A stretch of DNA of 64,000 nt from Podarcis muralis (taxonomy: Eukaryota): the NCBI RefSeq assembly GCF_964188315.1, contig NC_135658.1, forward strand, positions 62,496,001 to 62,560,000. Direction: 5' to 3'. The position numbers were made by a program, and so were the translations under genes. Numbering within the stretch: position 1 is the first letter of the stretch; the number at the start of each line of letters is the position of its first letter. Shown here in pieces: positions 48,940 to 60,470 of this stretch. The notes beneath the pieces were generated by a model. The model searched no databases. It was not told the DNA's origin and worked only from the letters and a program-made list of their open reading frames with translations.

Positions 48940-49431
48940 CCCCGTTGCTCTGTCCCAGCTGCTGCCAACCTAGCAGTTCGAAAGCCTACCAGCACAAGTA
49001 AATAGGTGCCCCTGCGGCGGGAAGGCGAACAGTGTTTCCATGTGCTCTGGCTTCTGTCACGGTGTTCCGTTGTGCCAGAAGCAGTTTAGTCATGCTGGCC
49101 ACATGACCCGGAAAGCTGTCTGTAGACAAACACTGGCTCTCTCAGCCTGAAAGTGGAGAGGAGTGCCCACCCTATACAGTGGTACCTCGGGTTACAAACA
49201 CTTTGGGCTACAAACTCCGCTAACCCAGAAGTAGTACGTTGGGTTAAGAACTTTACCTCAGGATGAGAACAGAAATCGTGTGATGGCAGCGCGGCGGCGG
49301 CAGGAGAGGCACCATTAGCTAAAGTGGTACCTCAGGTTAAGAACAGTTTCAGGTTAAGAACGGACCTGCAGAACAAATTAAGTTCATAACCAGAGGTACC
49401 ACTGTAGTCAAATTTGACTGGACTTAACTGA
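48940..49431 (+). mobile_element. 5'-truncated Sauria SINE split by a MITE
   Basis: CCCAGCTGCTGCCAACCTAGCAGTTCGAAAGC core; tail GTCAAATTTGACTGGACTTAAC resumes after 49406. Confidence 0.85.
49177..49404 (+). mobile_element. pogo/Tigger-like MITE, GGTTAAGAAC subfamily, nested in the SINE
   Basis: TIRs CAGTGGTACCTC / GAGGTACCACTG, TA at 49175-49176 and 49405-49406. Confidence 0.9.
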
Positions 49432-49759
49432 AGGAAATAATTGGAGTGACTTGGTATTCTTTCTCCATCTCTTCTGTAACTTATAATGGTCTGGTGGAGT
49501 CACAGATTTTACCATTATGAGCTCCAGAGATCAGGTAGCCACATTTCATATACTACAAAATACGTAGAGAGATGAGGAGTGTTAACCACTTGCAATTGTT
49601 TCTTCTCCCAGGCCTATGTAATGTTCAAAACATTTCATGAAAGAGACAACATGGAAACTGTTATTGTGAATAGGTCCAATTGCACATTTTGGTTAAAAAT
49701 CCCAGAACTGCCATCTTTTGTTCGCACACTTTTTTTTACAGATGATCACACTGTCAGCC

Positions 49760-50000
49760 CAGAGCAGAGGCACCCCTTGTACATCGCCTTCATAAACCTG
49801 ACAAAGACCTTATCAGCTGAAAATTACTCTTCACACTATTCAACAAGATAGGATGTCCACCTAAGCTTCACAATATGATTGTGTCCTTCCACAGGAACAT
49901 GCCAGGCACTATCCAAAATGATGGCTCATCCTTAGACGCTTTCTCTATAATGAGCTGTGTGAAACAGGACTGTGTTCTTGCCCCAACTCTCTTTGGCATA
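49760..50000 (+). pseudogene. Decayed RTE-clade LINE reverse-transcriptase fragment
   Basis: EQRHPLYIAFINLTK then, after a shift, KIGCPPKLHNMIVSFH..VKQDCVLAPTLFGI, matching the RTE RT motif GVKQGCVLAPTLF. Confidence 0.75.
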
Positions 50001-51129
50001 TAGACAGAGAGAGAGATCTATATAGTGAAAGGTTATATCTACAAAATATCTACGATGAAGTGGGTTTTTGTTACAATAAAAAGTATTAGCCTTCAAGGAG
50101 TTTTTACTGGCATTTCTGTTATAAACAAGGACAGATTTTTAAAGAAAGCTCCCCCTTTACAAGTTATTAATTCTCTCAGTAACAAAAAACCCATTCAAGA
50201 GAATAAAAATATTTTTACGGTCACTTACAGGCTTACACATTTTCTTAGGGTTCTTACATATTTATATGGCATAAATCGTATTCTTTTATATACAGCAGTT
50301 AAAGGGCATTTATTCACCTTCTGATACCATAGATGGTTGATGGTTTTGGTTGAAATGGGTTTGTCTGTAACTCAGCAGAAAATAAATGAAGTAGCTTGGA
50401 TCTTCTCGGTTGATAAATTTCAGAGCAGAAATGTTCTGGGGAGACTGCATGCATTTCATTTTGTACTTTAAACTTCCTTAACTTAGTAACAGGGCAAAGC
50501 ACCTCTTTTAGCCATGAGTGTCTGATATAATTTAAATCTGGAGCTGATTCATGGATTTCACAATTGCACTCTAGTCTCCATGGACATATTCAGAGTAGCC
50601 CATTATGGGGTTGATCATAGGTCTGGTTTTAAGGTTTATTTGCTGCTGAATTTAGTTAAAAGGTGAATTAGGTTTGAAATTGGAATTTCCATTAGAATAC
50701 TGTTCTGAAATAGCTGTCAATCTTCAATTTTAGTTGAATCTACAGCACAATAAATTATGTAAAAGATGCATCATTAAACATTCAGTATCCTTATGATACC
50801 TTTCAATACAAGTAAAACACATAAAATTTGACTTATATTTCATATCTACTTAAAGTCTATTCATATCTTCCTCCTTTCCTCCCTCCCTTTCTCTCACCCA
50901 CACCCACACATGTGCATGGTATGGCTGAACACTCATTTGTTTGCCTCGAAAGCCACTAGGGAACTGTAGGCATTCTTTATACAGTTGAGTTTATATTTGC
51001 TCCCTACCAGCAACTTTCAGGGCATGCAGCTGGATGTATTCTTGCTGTTAAAATATACAATGCAGATGAAACAGGTTTGGAATTATATGCTCTGATGATT
51101 TGGTCCCAGATAAAGTCTGACTGCTGCAT

Positions 51130-51340
51130 TTTAGACCAATGGAAGTTTATAAAATCGTGTAGATAGAACTGCAGTAGTCCAGTCTTGCATAGATAATTTA
51201 TACTGATTCGGTCTTCTCTAAGAAAAGCTATTTTATAAATTGGAGCGGATAAAAGGCACTCCTAGCAACTGCTGCCACCTAGGCACCCATAAGCATTGGA
51301 TCGAGGAGATCTCCCAAGTTGCATACCTATGTTTTAGAGA
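51130..51340 (-). mobile_element. Old L2-like LINE fragment
   Basis: CAGTAGTCCAGTCT, AAAAGGCACTCCT and GGATCGAGGAGATCTCCCAAG blocks resembling L2 ORF2, diverged. Confidence 0.4.
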
Positions 51341-51744
51341 TAGTGCAACCTCTCCCATGACCTTTACATACTTATCCTTTATAGTGGAATAGTTTTATGT
51401 TTTGCGGGGGGGGGGGGGGGACATGTTGCCACATGACATCAGCATCCTTCAGCTAATATTCCGGAATAATGCACTTAAAAACCTGCATTTTCTTATACCA
51501 CGAAAAAACTGACTTTTGTGAACAATACAGAATGGATCCTAAATATTTTCAGTTGTGCAGCGTGTGTACAAGAATCATCCTGCTTTTGGTGTGTAGGGGG
51601 TGGGTGGGAGCTGGGTGGGTGTGTTTTGCTCTTCACTGGCACTACCACTCTGTTGGAGCAGCTTTCTTTCATGTCCAGAAAGAACTCTGTGGTAAGACCA
51701 ATAGCTGCGTACTTTGTGTACTTTATTTGTGTGCAAATAATTAC

Positions 51745-51861
51745 CATCTGCGGCTTAGTTTGTAGGTAATGTGAAAAAGTGAAAGGCTTGATAGGCTGAG
51801 ACAAAGAATACTTTGGAGAAAACATCTGGTGCTCTTTTTCAGTAAATCGTGTCAGCCTGTC
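51745..51861 (-). other. Candidate internal exon (117 nt, phase 0-0), gene unknown
   Basis: Acceptor CATCTTTTGTTTCCATGTGTGCAG, donor ATG/GTAATT; only frame 0 is open: DRLTRFTEKEHQMFSPKYSLSQPIKPFTFSHYLQTKPQM. Confidence 0.3.
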
Positions 51862-52166
51862 CTGCACACATGGAAACAAAAGATGCAGTGGTGCAGAACA
51901 GGATCAGTGTGTGCATTTGTTCTTCCTTCTGCTTTGGCTATTTTCATCGAGGGCTGTGATAAGAGCAGACAGATAGGCTAGGCCACAAAAAGATTTCAAA
52001 TTCATGGTGTGGAACAGTTGTTTCAACAGGTAAAATGAAAAGGGCGGGGGGAAGAAACCCTACAGGAGATCTCTTGAGGTTTAGGAATCCCACAAGAAAT
52101 CACTTGAGGCTGACAAGTAGAAAAGTGGACACGAAGCACAAACGTGAAATCCATTTCCTAGACCTT

Positions 52167-52169
<3 letters not shown>

Positions 52170-52219
<50 letters not shown>
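52170..52219. repeat. (CA)n microsatellite
   Basis: About 25 units. Confidence 0.97.
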
Positions 52220-52222
<3 letters not shown>

Positions 52223-52453
52223 GCAGTGTCACCAATGGCATTTATATACACCTACCCATGTCAACAGAACTATGCCAATCTAGACACAGTAAAAAAAAAA
52301 TGGTGATATTTGTCACGATGGGTATTTGCTAAGACTTCTAGCAGATATTTCCTGACAGATTATTTATTGAGCATCAGGCACACTGACACAGTGTGCCCGA
52401 AACTCACAAGCTACAGGAAGACTGTGCCAAGCCCTATGTTCATTCCTGCTTGT

Positions 52454-53005
52454 CCAACTGGCAGCATGGGGAGTTATTACAGTGCCAACATATGAATAAG
52501 AAACTCTTCACTGTTTTTGTGTCCTGCACTTCAAGCTAAACAATAAATCATTGCTCTAGCAGCATGGTAAGCTGCCCCTTAGGTGCAGCCTAATCTAAAG
52601 CATGTATTTTTTCCAGGTATGCAACTTTTGAACTTTTACAAGGCAAATGTGAGAATATTATGATGTGAACAATATCTGGTATGAAAATACAGTGGTGCCT
52701 CGCAAGACAAAATTAATTCGTTCCGCGAGTTTTTTCGTCTTGCGATTTTTTTCGTCTTGCGAAGCACGGTGTCGGAAAAGTTTTGGAAAAGCTTCAAAAA
52801 TCACCAAAGTCTTCAAAAACCTCAAAAAAGGCTACCACACCGCGTGCTATGAGTTGCTCCTCGAAGTCAAGTCGCAACTGTATTAACGGTTTTAAGAAAA
52901 AGGAAACAAACTTGCAAGATGTTTCCATCTTGCAAAGCAAGCCCATAGGGAAAATCGTCTTGCGAAGCAACTCAAAAAACCAAAAACCCTTTCGTCTTGC
53001 GAGTT
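52454..53005 (+). repeat. Probable donor copy of the segment at 13801-14352
   Basis: About 97% identical, starts at CCAACT (52454-52459). Confidence 0.93.
52690..53005 (+). mobile_element. pogo/Tigger-like MITE, TCGCAAGACG subfamily, lacking the right TIR
   Basis: Left TIR after TA at 52688-52689; homology to 14037-14391 stops about 39 bp before the right end. Confidence 0.9.
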
Positions 53006-53238
53006 GAACTTAAATGACATCGGTGTTTATTAGAAAACCTAGAAGAACCATTTATACATGTGTTAAGTCCTGCAAATTTAACATCATTTGTATGACAAGC
53101 ACAACTTCAAAGACTGGGAAATATTTTTTTTAGCATTACAGATTTTGGAGTGTGGAGAAATACTCTCATTTTAAAATAAGACAGAAGATAGGTAGGAAAG
53201 TAGGTAGATATGATATGATATGGGGGAAATAGGCTGTA

Positions 53239-53713
53239 TGTTGAGACCCTTCCAACCCCTGGATCCAGCAGGTGTTGAAAGTTAGGCTGACTTCTTGAGG
53301 AGGTGATTGCCTGGGTGATGGACCATTAAGGGGGGGGTAGGAAAGGGGTCTGTGTGAGATGGCAACTGGGTGGTGAAATGGCAAGTTGTGGTTAGATAGA
53401 AGGACAATACCAGAGCTGCGGGCAGAGAGTTTTCAATGATGTGAGCTACAAGCAAGAGCAGTAAGCTGGAGAGACAGTGAGTGCGATGTTTGATTTCTGT
53501 TTGAATGCAAGGCTGTGGCTATGGAAGAAGCAAGGTCCTTTGGGTATGTTAAGGTTGTGAACCCCTCCATTGTAGGCTCAGGTTGTATATATGTGTAAAT
53601 AAACCACATGTCATAAAGACACTTCAGTCTCCACTATGCCTTATTAACGCTGTGTAAGCAACCTGGAGCCCCTGGAATCTCGCACCGCTCAGAGATTGGG
53701 GTGGCATGCAACA
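53239..53713 (+). mobile_element. Solo LTR-like element
   Basis: TGTTG..CAACA termini, AATAAA near 53598 followed by a U5-like segment; no TSD found. Confidence 0.6.
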
Positions 53714-54401
53714 ATATGTACATATATGTTCAAGTTTTCACTGAATTTGAACCACTCTCATGCAATGTTAAGTCTAGTGAAAAAAGTGAAAAATGAAATT
53801 CTAAACCTTTTCCTGACTGGTACTAAAAATAACCGCAGACTGTGAACTCAAAGTTCTTTCAAAAATCAAGTTAGTTCAGTCTGATCTAGGCAAACTCCAT
53901 ATTTAGGGACTTTCCCCAATTGTCAACTGTTTGTTCTTTCTTGTGTTACAGGATCTATTTTGAATTCTGTTTCTCATGCACACACCTTCAGTCATTTTCT
54001 ATGTGGCTTCTATCTTTATATTGTTCTTAACAGCACAACGAAGAGTAGAATCATTTAATATCAACCATGCCAAAGAGGGTTGTCCAGTCTAACATATTGT
54101 ACTTTGTTTTGCTGACGCAGGTGGGGAGCTGTACCACACACCAATCCTTTTCAGCTACGTGCTTTTAAAAAGGAGCACAAAGATTGTGATAAAACAAACA
54201 TTAGCAATATTGCTGAAACAGAAGGCAACAACATGGCCAGGATGGTGGGTAGAAACTCTCCTTCTCTCCTGAAAATTCAGGAACAGATACAGCCACCCGC
54301 CTACCATCCAACTGTGCTGTTATCATATTTGCTGCTTTAGCATTTCAGACAAAATCAGCCTCAGGAGATCCTAAACTCAGCCAGTCTGTAGAATATAGAG
54401 G

Positions 54402-54566
54402 CATAGGAAGCTGCCATATAATGAATCAGGCTATTGGTATAACTAGCTTAGTACTGTCAACACTGACTGGTAGGTTTCTAGGCAGGGGATATTCCCTGCC
54501 CTACCTGGAGATGCCGGGGACTGAACCTGAGGCCTTCCATGTGAAAAAAACCCACTGAGCTACAGC
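54402..54566 (-). mobile_element. Squam2-like tRNA-derived SINE
   Basis: Reverse complement GCTGTAGCTCAGTGG..GGTTCAGTCCCCGGCATCTCCAGGTAGGGC..GCAGCTTCCTATG. Confidence 0.75.
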
Positions 54567-54770
54567 TGTTCCTGGGACCGCATCAGTCTGTGCTGGTTAT
54601 GTGATCATTGCACTACTTTTTGATATCTCAAAATCAGTTTTAACTTTTTACAGATTACTCCAATGTCCTTTATATATTATTTTAACAATTAGCCATTGTG
54701 TCTTAATTTTAAATATGCTTACACTGATGGTAAAAGGATGATCAATAATAAGAATCATAGACAACTAAGT

Positions 54771-54860
54771 CTGCAATCTAGTACATATTCTTTCTTGCTT
54801 GAGAGTAAGTACCGTTGAACTCAGTGGGAATTATGAGTAGACAAGCATAGGATTGTGCTG
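54771..54860. mobile_element. Short degenerate palindromic element (old MITE-like)
   Basis: CTGCAATC..AGGATTGTG ends, GAGTAAGT..GTTGAACTCAGTGGG core. Confidence 0.5.
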
Positions 54861-55512
54861 CAAAGCAATTTCCCACTCAATAGTGGTAATACATTTCTGT
54901 CATTCTAAAACTGCTGCCAGAGTAATTAAATATGATATTTTGCATGTATCCTTCACTAAAACATGCGTGCACCCACCCACCCACCCACATACCCACACAC
55001 AGTTTAAATTAAAATTGGTGCCAATTACTCATGGAAAAGCCTGGCATAGCAGCCTACTTAGAAAGTAGTTCTTCATTGTCAAGCTTTGTTTGATTGTTAT
55101 GAACAGCGCTGTATAATTTTAAAAAGCCTTAATATCTTGCACATATATCTCCACCATCAAATCAATATTTATACGCATAATTCATTTTGGAAAGATTTAG
55201 ACATATTCATTGACCAAATCATTTTCTGATTCCATGCAGAGGGAGGGTAAAGTTGCCTCAAACATAATTTGTTTTAACATGCCAATTCATTTAAATGCTG
55301 ATTAATATGAATTTTTCAATAATGTAGGCAGAACTAATTGGGTAAGAAAGACTCACATAAATGGCCTACCTCCATAGTTCCAGTATTAATATACACTATT
55401 TGACATGCTGCTGGGTGCATGCATGTGAATTGGAACTCAATATGGAGAGGATGCAGCAGCATTTTTGATACCAAGAGCAAGTGCAGAAATTGTTAGCAGA
55501 GCCATTTGAATA

Positions 55513-55725
55513 CAGTGGTACCTTGGGTTAAGTACTTAATTCGTTCTGGAGCTGAAACTGTTCTTAACCTGAAGCACCACTTTAGCTAATGGGGCCTCCT
55601 GCTGCTGCCGCGCCACCGGAGCACAATTTCTGTTCTCATCCTGAAGCAAAGTTCTTAACCTGAAGCACTATTTCTGGGTTAGCGGAGTGTGTAACCTGAA
55701 GCGTATGTAACCCGAGGTACCACTG
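55513..55725 (-). mobile_element. pogo/Tigger-like MITE, GGTTAAGAAC subfamily, inverted
   Basis: TIRs CAGTGGTACC / GGTACCACTG, TA on both sides; reverse complement of the 4444-4671 type. Confidence 0.9.
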
Positions 55726-55968
55726 TAATGCAAGTCCCATATCAGAGGGAAAACAAAATGATAATATTTAAGAATAAATAAACCAGAGGGGTTCTGTCTT
55801 TTAGTTAGATCATGCTTTGCTCATAGCAGGGATATTCAACAACTAAACCTTCAGAGGAAAACGCCCTCAAAACAGCACAGCTAATCAGAACTTGAGTTAT
55901 CTCAGGAAAGATAATACCCTTCTGACCGGTTGGCAGTCGATACCTCTCCCACCCCCGTCCTCTGCATT

Positions 55969-56200
55969 CAGGGGTGTAGGAAAGGGGGGCAGCGGGGGAG
56001 ATCTGCCCCGGTTGTCATCCCTGGGGTGGTGGTGACAAAATCCCCCCAGGCTCAATGGTCACCATGCCGAATGGAACCCCGGCATGATCACGGACGTGCC
56101 AGATTGTGTCCCTCGTGTGATCATGGCTGCGATTGCCTCTGCCCCCCGGTGCATGGCATGTGCACCACCCTGGGTGTCGGAGCGGCTAGCTCCGCCGCTG
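55969..56200. mobile_element. hAT MITE
   Basis: Perfect 8-bp TSD TCTGCATT (55961-55968, 56201-56208); imperfect TIRs CAGGGGTGTAG / CTCCGCCGCTG. Confidence 0.85.
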
Positions 56201-56499
56201 TCTGCATTGGCTGATTGTCAACAGAATTAACCCTTAGGTTACTAACTAGTCCTTAGGTTACTAACCCTAAGGACCCCTCTGTTGCACCTCAAGCAGAAAC
56301 TGAGAGCCTGTTGGTTCCCATTAAGGATTTGGAATGGCATGTGAGAATGTGTTGCCTCTCCCCAGCAAGAATTGCCCTGCTTGCCTTAACCATGGTTAAG
56401 GCTTACATCCAATTAGAATCTAGGGTTTGAAAACCAGGTTCAACTCCTGGTTAACAGCAAACACAGATCAATTATGGTTATTTTCTTTACACTTCCACT

Positions 56500-56670
56500 G
56501 ACCCAGAAAGAGAATGGAAAGATGAAATTCCGACTAAACAGCAGGAAGAACTTTGTGACCGTAGCAGCTGTGTGACAGTGGAACAGACTCCCACGAGAGG
56601 TGGTGGACTCTCCTTCCTTGGAGGTTCTGAAGCAGACGGTGAATTGCCTTTTCTCATGTATGATTTAATT
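56500..56670 (+). mobile_element. CR1 LINE 3' end
   Basis: RKNFVTVAAV*QWNRLPREVVDSPSLEVLKQ, the typical CR1 ORF2 C-terminus. Confidence 0.8.
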
Positions 56671-57556
56671 CATTTAAAGGCTTCTTGCTTCTTTCATTTG
56701 GGGAATATCTTTTAAAAATTCATTTGTTTTTAAATACATATCTTAGTCTGAAAGTACCTTAATGAAGGTAAGAAGGAAGCGACATTTAGATTCAAAGAGG
56801 GTTGACATATTTTATATCAGCTCAATTTGAAAACATGTCCAAAATGAGTTACATAAAGAAGTCCTTAATCATATTGATAGAGCCTCCACAGCAAGGAGCA
56901 TAGTTTATGTGAGGCAACAAGCCTGATAATATCTGGCTTTCAGTTTAAGCAAGATGCGGAGTCTTTATTGAAGTAAATTAAGCTCAAGAGTTGGCAGACA
57001 CAACCTATCAAGGGTACTTCATAGGATTGTTGATTTAAACTAATAATAACTGTTATACAGCTGTACCTTAAGAACTGGATAAGTTATTGTTACAGCACAT
57101 CTATTTTTTTCAGCTTATTACAGTATGATTTAAATTCAAAGGAAATAGTAAAGAAGACACAATCACTTGCTATTCCAAAAACATCTTTAACTGCTTTCCC
57201 ACTTATGCAGAAATCACTTACTTTTTCACACCTATGTATAAGAAAATTAGTGTCTGATCATCAAGCATCATAAGCATCCTCATCAGGCCATCCGCTGGAT
57301 GTTTAAATACATACAAGAAATAATATGCAATCTTGCACAATGGAATACAATTGTATGAATCTTTCTATCATCTCAGTAAAGTGATTCAAGGTATGACTCT
57401 TGGAACTAACATGAGTGTTGTTGCCTTCATCATTTGTATGTCACAGAGTGACTTAACAGGGCCACCGTTTAACAAGCATCATTTCCCCACCTGACTCTTC
57501 CATCCTTCCACTCATCAACAGGTGTGAAGTAAGACAACTTTTCACAAATAACAGTA

Positions 57557-57807
57557 CAGTCATAACTTGGATCTCAAATGCCTTGGCTTCCAAACAAATT
57601 GACTCCCGAACGATCAAAACCCAGAGGTGAGTGTTCCAGTTTTTTAACATTCTTTTGGAAGTCAAACATCTGATAGGGCTTCATTGGCTTCCGACGGGCT
57701 GCAGGAGCTTCCTGCAGCCAATCAGAAGCCAAGCTATGGTTTCCGAAGGTTTTGGAAGTCGAATGGACTTCCAGAACGGATTCCAATCAACTTCCAAGTT
57801 ATGGCTG
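57557..57807. mobile_element. pogo/Tigger-like MITE (CAGTCATAACTTGG type)
   Basis: TIRs CAGTCATAACTTGGA / TCCAAGTTATGGCTG, TA at 57555-57556 and 57808-57809. Confidence 0.85.
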
Positions 57808-59545
57808 TATTCAGTATATTTTTTATAAAGAAGTGATAGATTTATTTATCTATGGAGCACAGATAGCAATAAAGCAAAGTTCCTTGGATATTTCTACCAA
57901 TATACTTCAGGGATCATTTGTAAGCGCCAAACTGGTAGCTTGCCCTCTGTTACCTATTCCACATTCATTTTCCCTATGGAGATTACCAACCAGGTCACCA
58001 GTTAGTGCTAACTGTAACAGTGCTCTTTTTTTTTTTTAATAGTCTGGACATTTGTCATCCTGGAATTAGAAAAGAGCAGCAAAGTGGATTTTTAAAGAGC
58101 ATACTGCCATTTGAGATTAGTATCGTTTGGTCACTATCAACCAGGATCAGTTTTGAACTGATGACCTAATGTTGAAAAGCTATTTTTCCTATTAATCAAA
58201 GAGTTTTCTCTGATTCTGTTTCAGAGCTGGCTAGCCTGCAGGATGTACAACAATCTATGAGACTAAAGGTTAAAAACAAAATGGAGATTTGAGCAAATAC
58301 CATTTATGAGACGTATGTATAATCCTGGACACAATGCATTGTAATTCTATAATAATGAAAAATTCCCATAATTATCCACCTATTACAGCTCCCCATAGTT
58401 GTAATAGTACCCAGTCTCTGTCATACATTCCACTAATAAAAGAAAATAAGGTATTACTCTCCAATATTTTTATGCAATGACAATAAAACATTATAATCAA
58501 TAATAATTCACAATCTTATATTTTTCTTGCACTGCAAATGGAATAGAGTATTATTTTTATTGTTTTGGCATTTTTTTCTTAAATAATATGATAGTGAAGA
58601 TTACATTTTTTGAATCCTTCGCTTCCCTATCAATGATAAGTTAATGATAAGCTATATATGACTTAAAGCAATAGACTTATTTTGCTTCACTACAAGAACA
58701 TCTTTGGCTGTTATCCATTTTCATGCATAGTTGTTGTTAGAGATGGACAAAACAAACATAATCTGGTACTTGTGCCTCACACACAAGTAGATCAGTGAGT
58801 CTATTCCTACAGTCTGCATATGCGGGCAGCCATCTTTGCCCCCATGAAATGTCCCTGGTGGTCATTAGTCATTTAATATCCAGTTTAATATAATGTTTGG
58901 AATGTAGATTCTTATTTCTATAAATAGAAATTAGCAAGTGGCATAAGGCTCTCTTTACATATTCCCATCAGCTATACTTCTCAGTGAGACTCAATAAAGT
59001 AAGCAGTGACTCCTTTCATAATTTCAGATAAATTTCTACCCCCTCCCCAAGAAAGCAGCAGAATATTGGGGGGGGGGGTATTTTGAAGACTTTCGGGAGT
59101 GGGGGTGGCCCAGCCTTAATTTACATTGCTTTTGGGTTTTGTTTTTTTAGAAAAATGCAATTTAGCAAGCACATTAAAGCAAACAATAATCTTTCTTTCC
59201 CTCTTGTTTACACAGAATGAACAATTTCATTTTTTCTGCTCATGTTAGCAAGGCCAAGGTATTATTATGATCCTCTAGTAGCTGTATAATATCTCTTGTC
59301 TGAGCTAAAAGCATACACAGGATGTTTAGAATTCAACGAACATGTTATTTTTCTGTCTCCACTGAATACTCCATAAATATATGTAAAAAGAAAACAAAGA
59401 TCCATGAAAACAAACCTTCATGCTACACTGCCATGGCCGTCACCAATTACTGCCATCCTTAGTATTTCAGGCCATCTTCACATGTCACAAATCTGTAACA
59501 ATTCTGAGGGCTTGAGCATATGAGGATTCTGTGAAGGATGTTGTA

Positions 59546-59625
59546 CAGGGTGAGTCTTTTAAAATAGGCCCAGTGGAACATGTGTACTCTGTATCCACGG
59601 GGCCTCTTTTAAAGGATTCACCCTG
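59546..59625. mobile_element. 80-bp mariner-type MITE (MADE1-sized)
   Basis: 26-bp TIRs matching 23/26, 28-bp spacer, TA at 59544-59545 and 59626-59627. Confidence 0.88.
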
Positions 59626-59911
59626 TATAATTCTATGCATATGAAATCTTAAATGTAAACTATTTGTTTCATCTTGAATAGTAGATTATGCCAGAGAGGA
59701 TAAATAGGTTTGGTATTTCTATCTTTTATTTCATTTTAGCGAAATCACTGATATAGTGTATACGTAATTATCATGTCGCATAGGGGTTACATTCCTGAAC
59801 TGTGTGCGTCAGCCCACCCCATCCCCATCCCACCCCCAATTCTGGCCACTTCTGGGTTGTGGCAATCTGCATGTGCACAGTCACACACATACTGAATGCA
59901 CATACAATTAG

Positions 59912-60470
59912 TCATCATCATCATCATTTATTTATACCCCGCCCATCTGGCTGGGTTTCCCCAGCCACTCTGGGTGGCTTCCAACCGAATATTAAAAACA
60001 ATACAGCGTTAGACATTAAAAACTTCCCTAAACAGGGCACCTTCAGTTGTCTTTTAAAAGTAAAATAGTTGTCTATTGCCTTGACATCTGCTGGGAGGAC
60101 GTTCCACAGGGCAGGCGCCACTACCGAGAAGGCCCTCTGCCTGGTTCCCTGTAACTTGGCTTCTCGCAGCTAGGGAACTGCCAGAAGGCCCTCGGCACTG
60201 GACCTCAGTGTCCGGGCTGGATGATGGGGGTGGAGACGCTCCTTCAGGTACACAGGACCGAGGCCGTTTAGGGCCTTAAAGGTCAGCACCAACACTTTGA
60301 ATTGTACTTGGAAACATCTGGGAGCCAATGAAGATCTTTCAGGACTGGTGTTATATGGTCTCAGCGGCCACTCCCAGTCACCAGTTTAGCTGCCGCATTC
60401 TGGATTAATTGCAGTTTCCAAGTCACCTTCAAAGGTAGCTCCACATAGAGCGCTTTACAGTAGTCCAATT
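59912..60470 (-). mobile_element. L2-clade LINE 3' fragment
   Basis: Reverse complement of the family at 43977-44350, extending further 5'; (CAT)n/(TTTA) tail. Confidence 0.88.

Noticed and set aside
9966-59078. Scattered poly-G/poly-C runs of about 9-15 nt
   Set aside because: Isolated homopolymers with no spacing pattern; lengths unreliable in assemblies.
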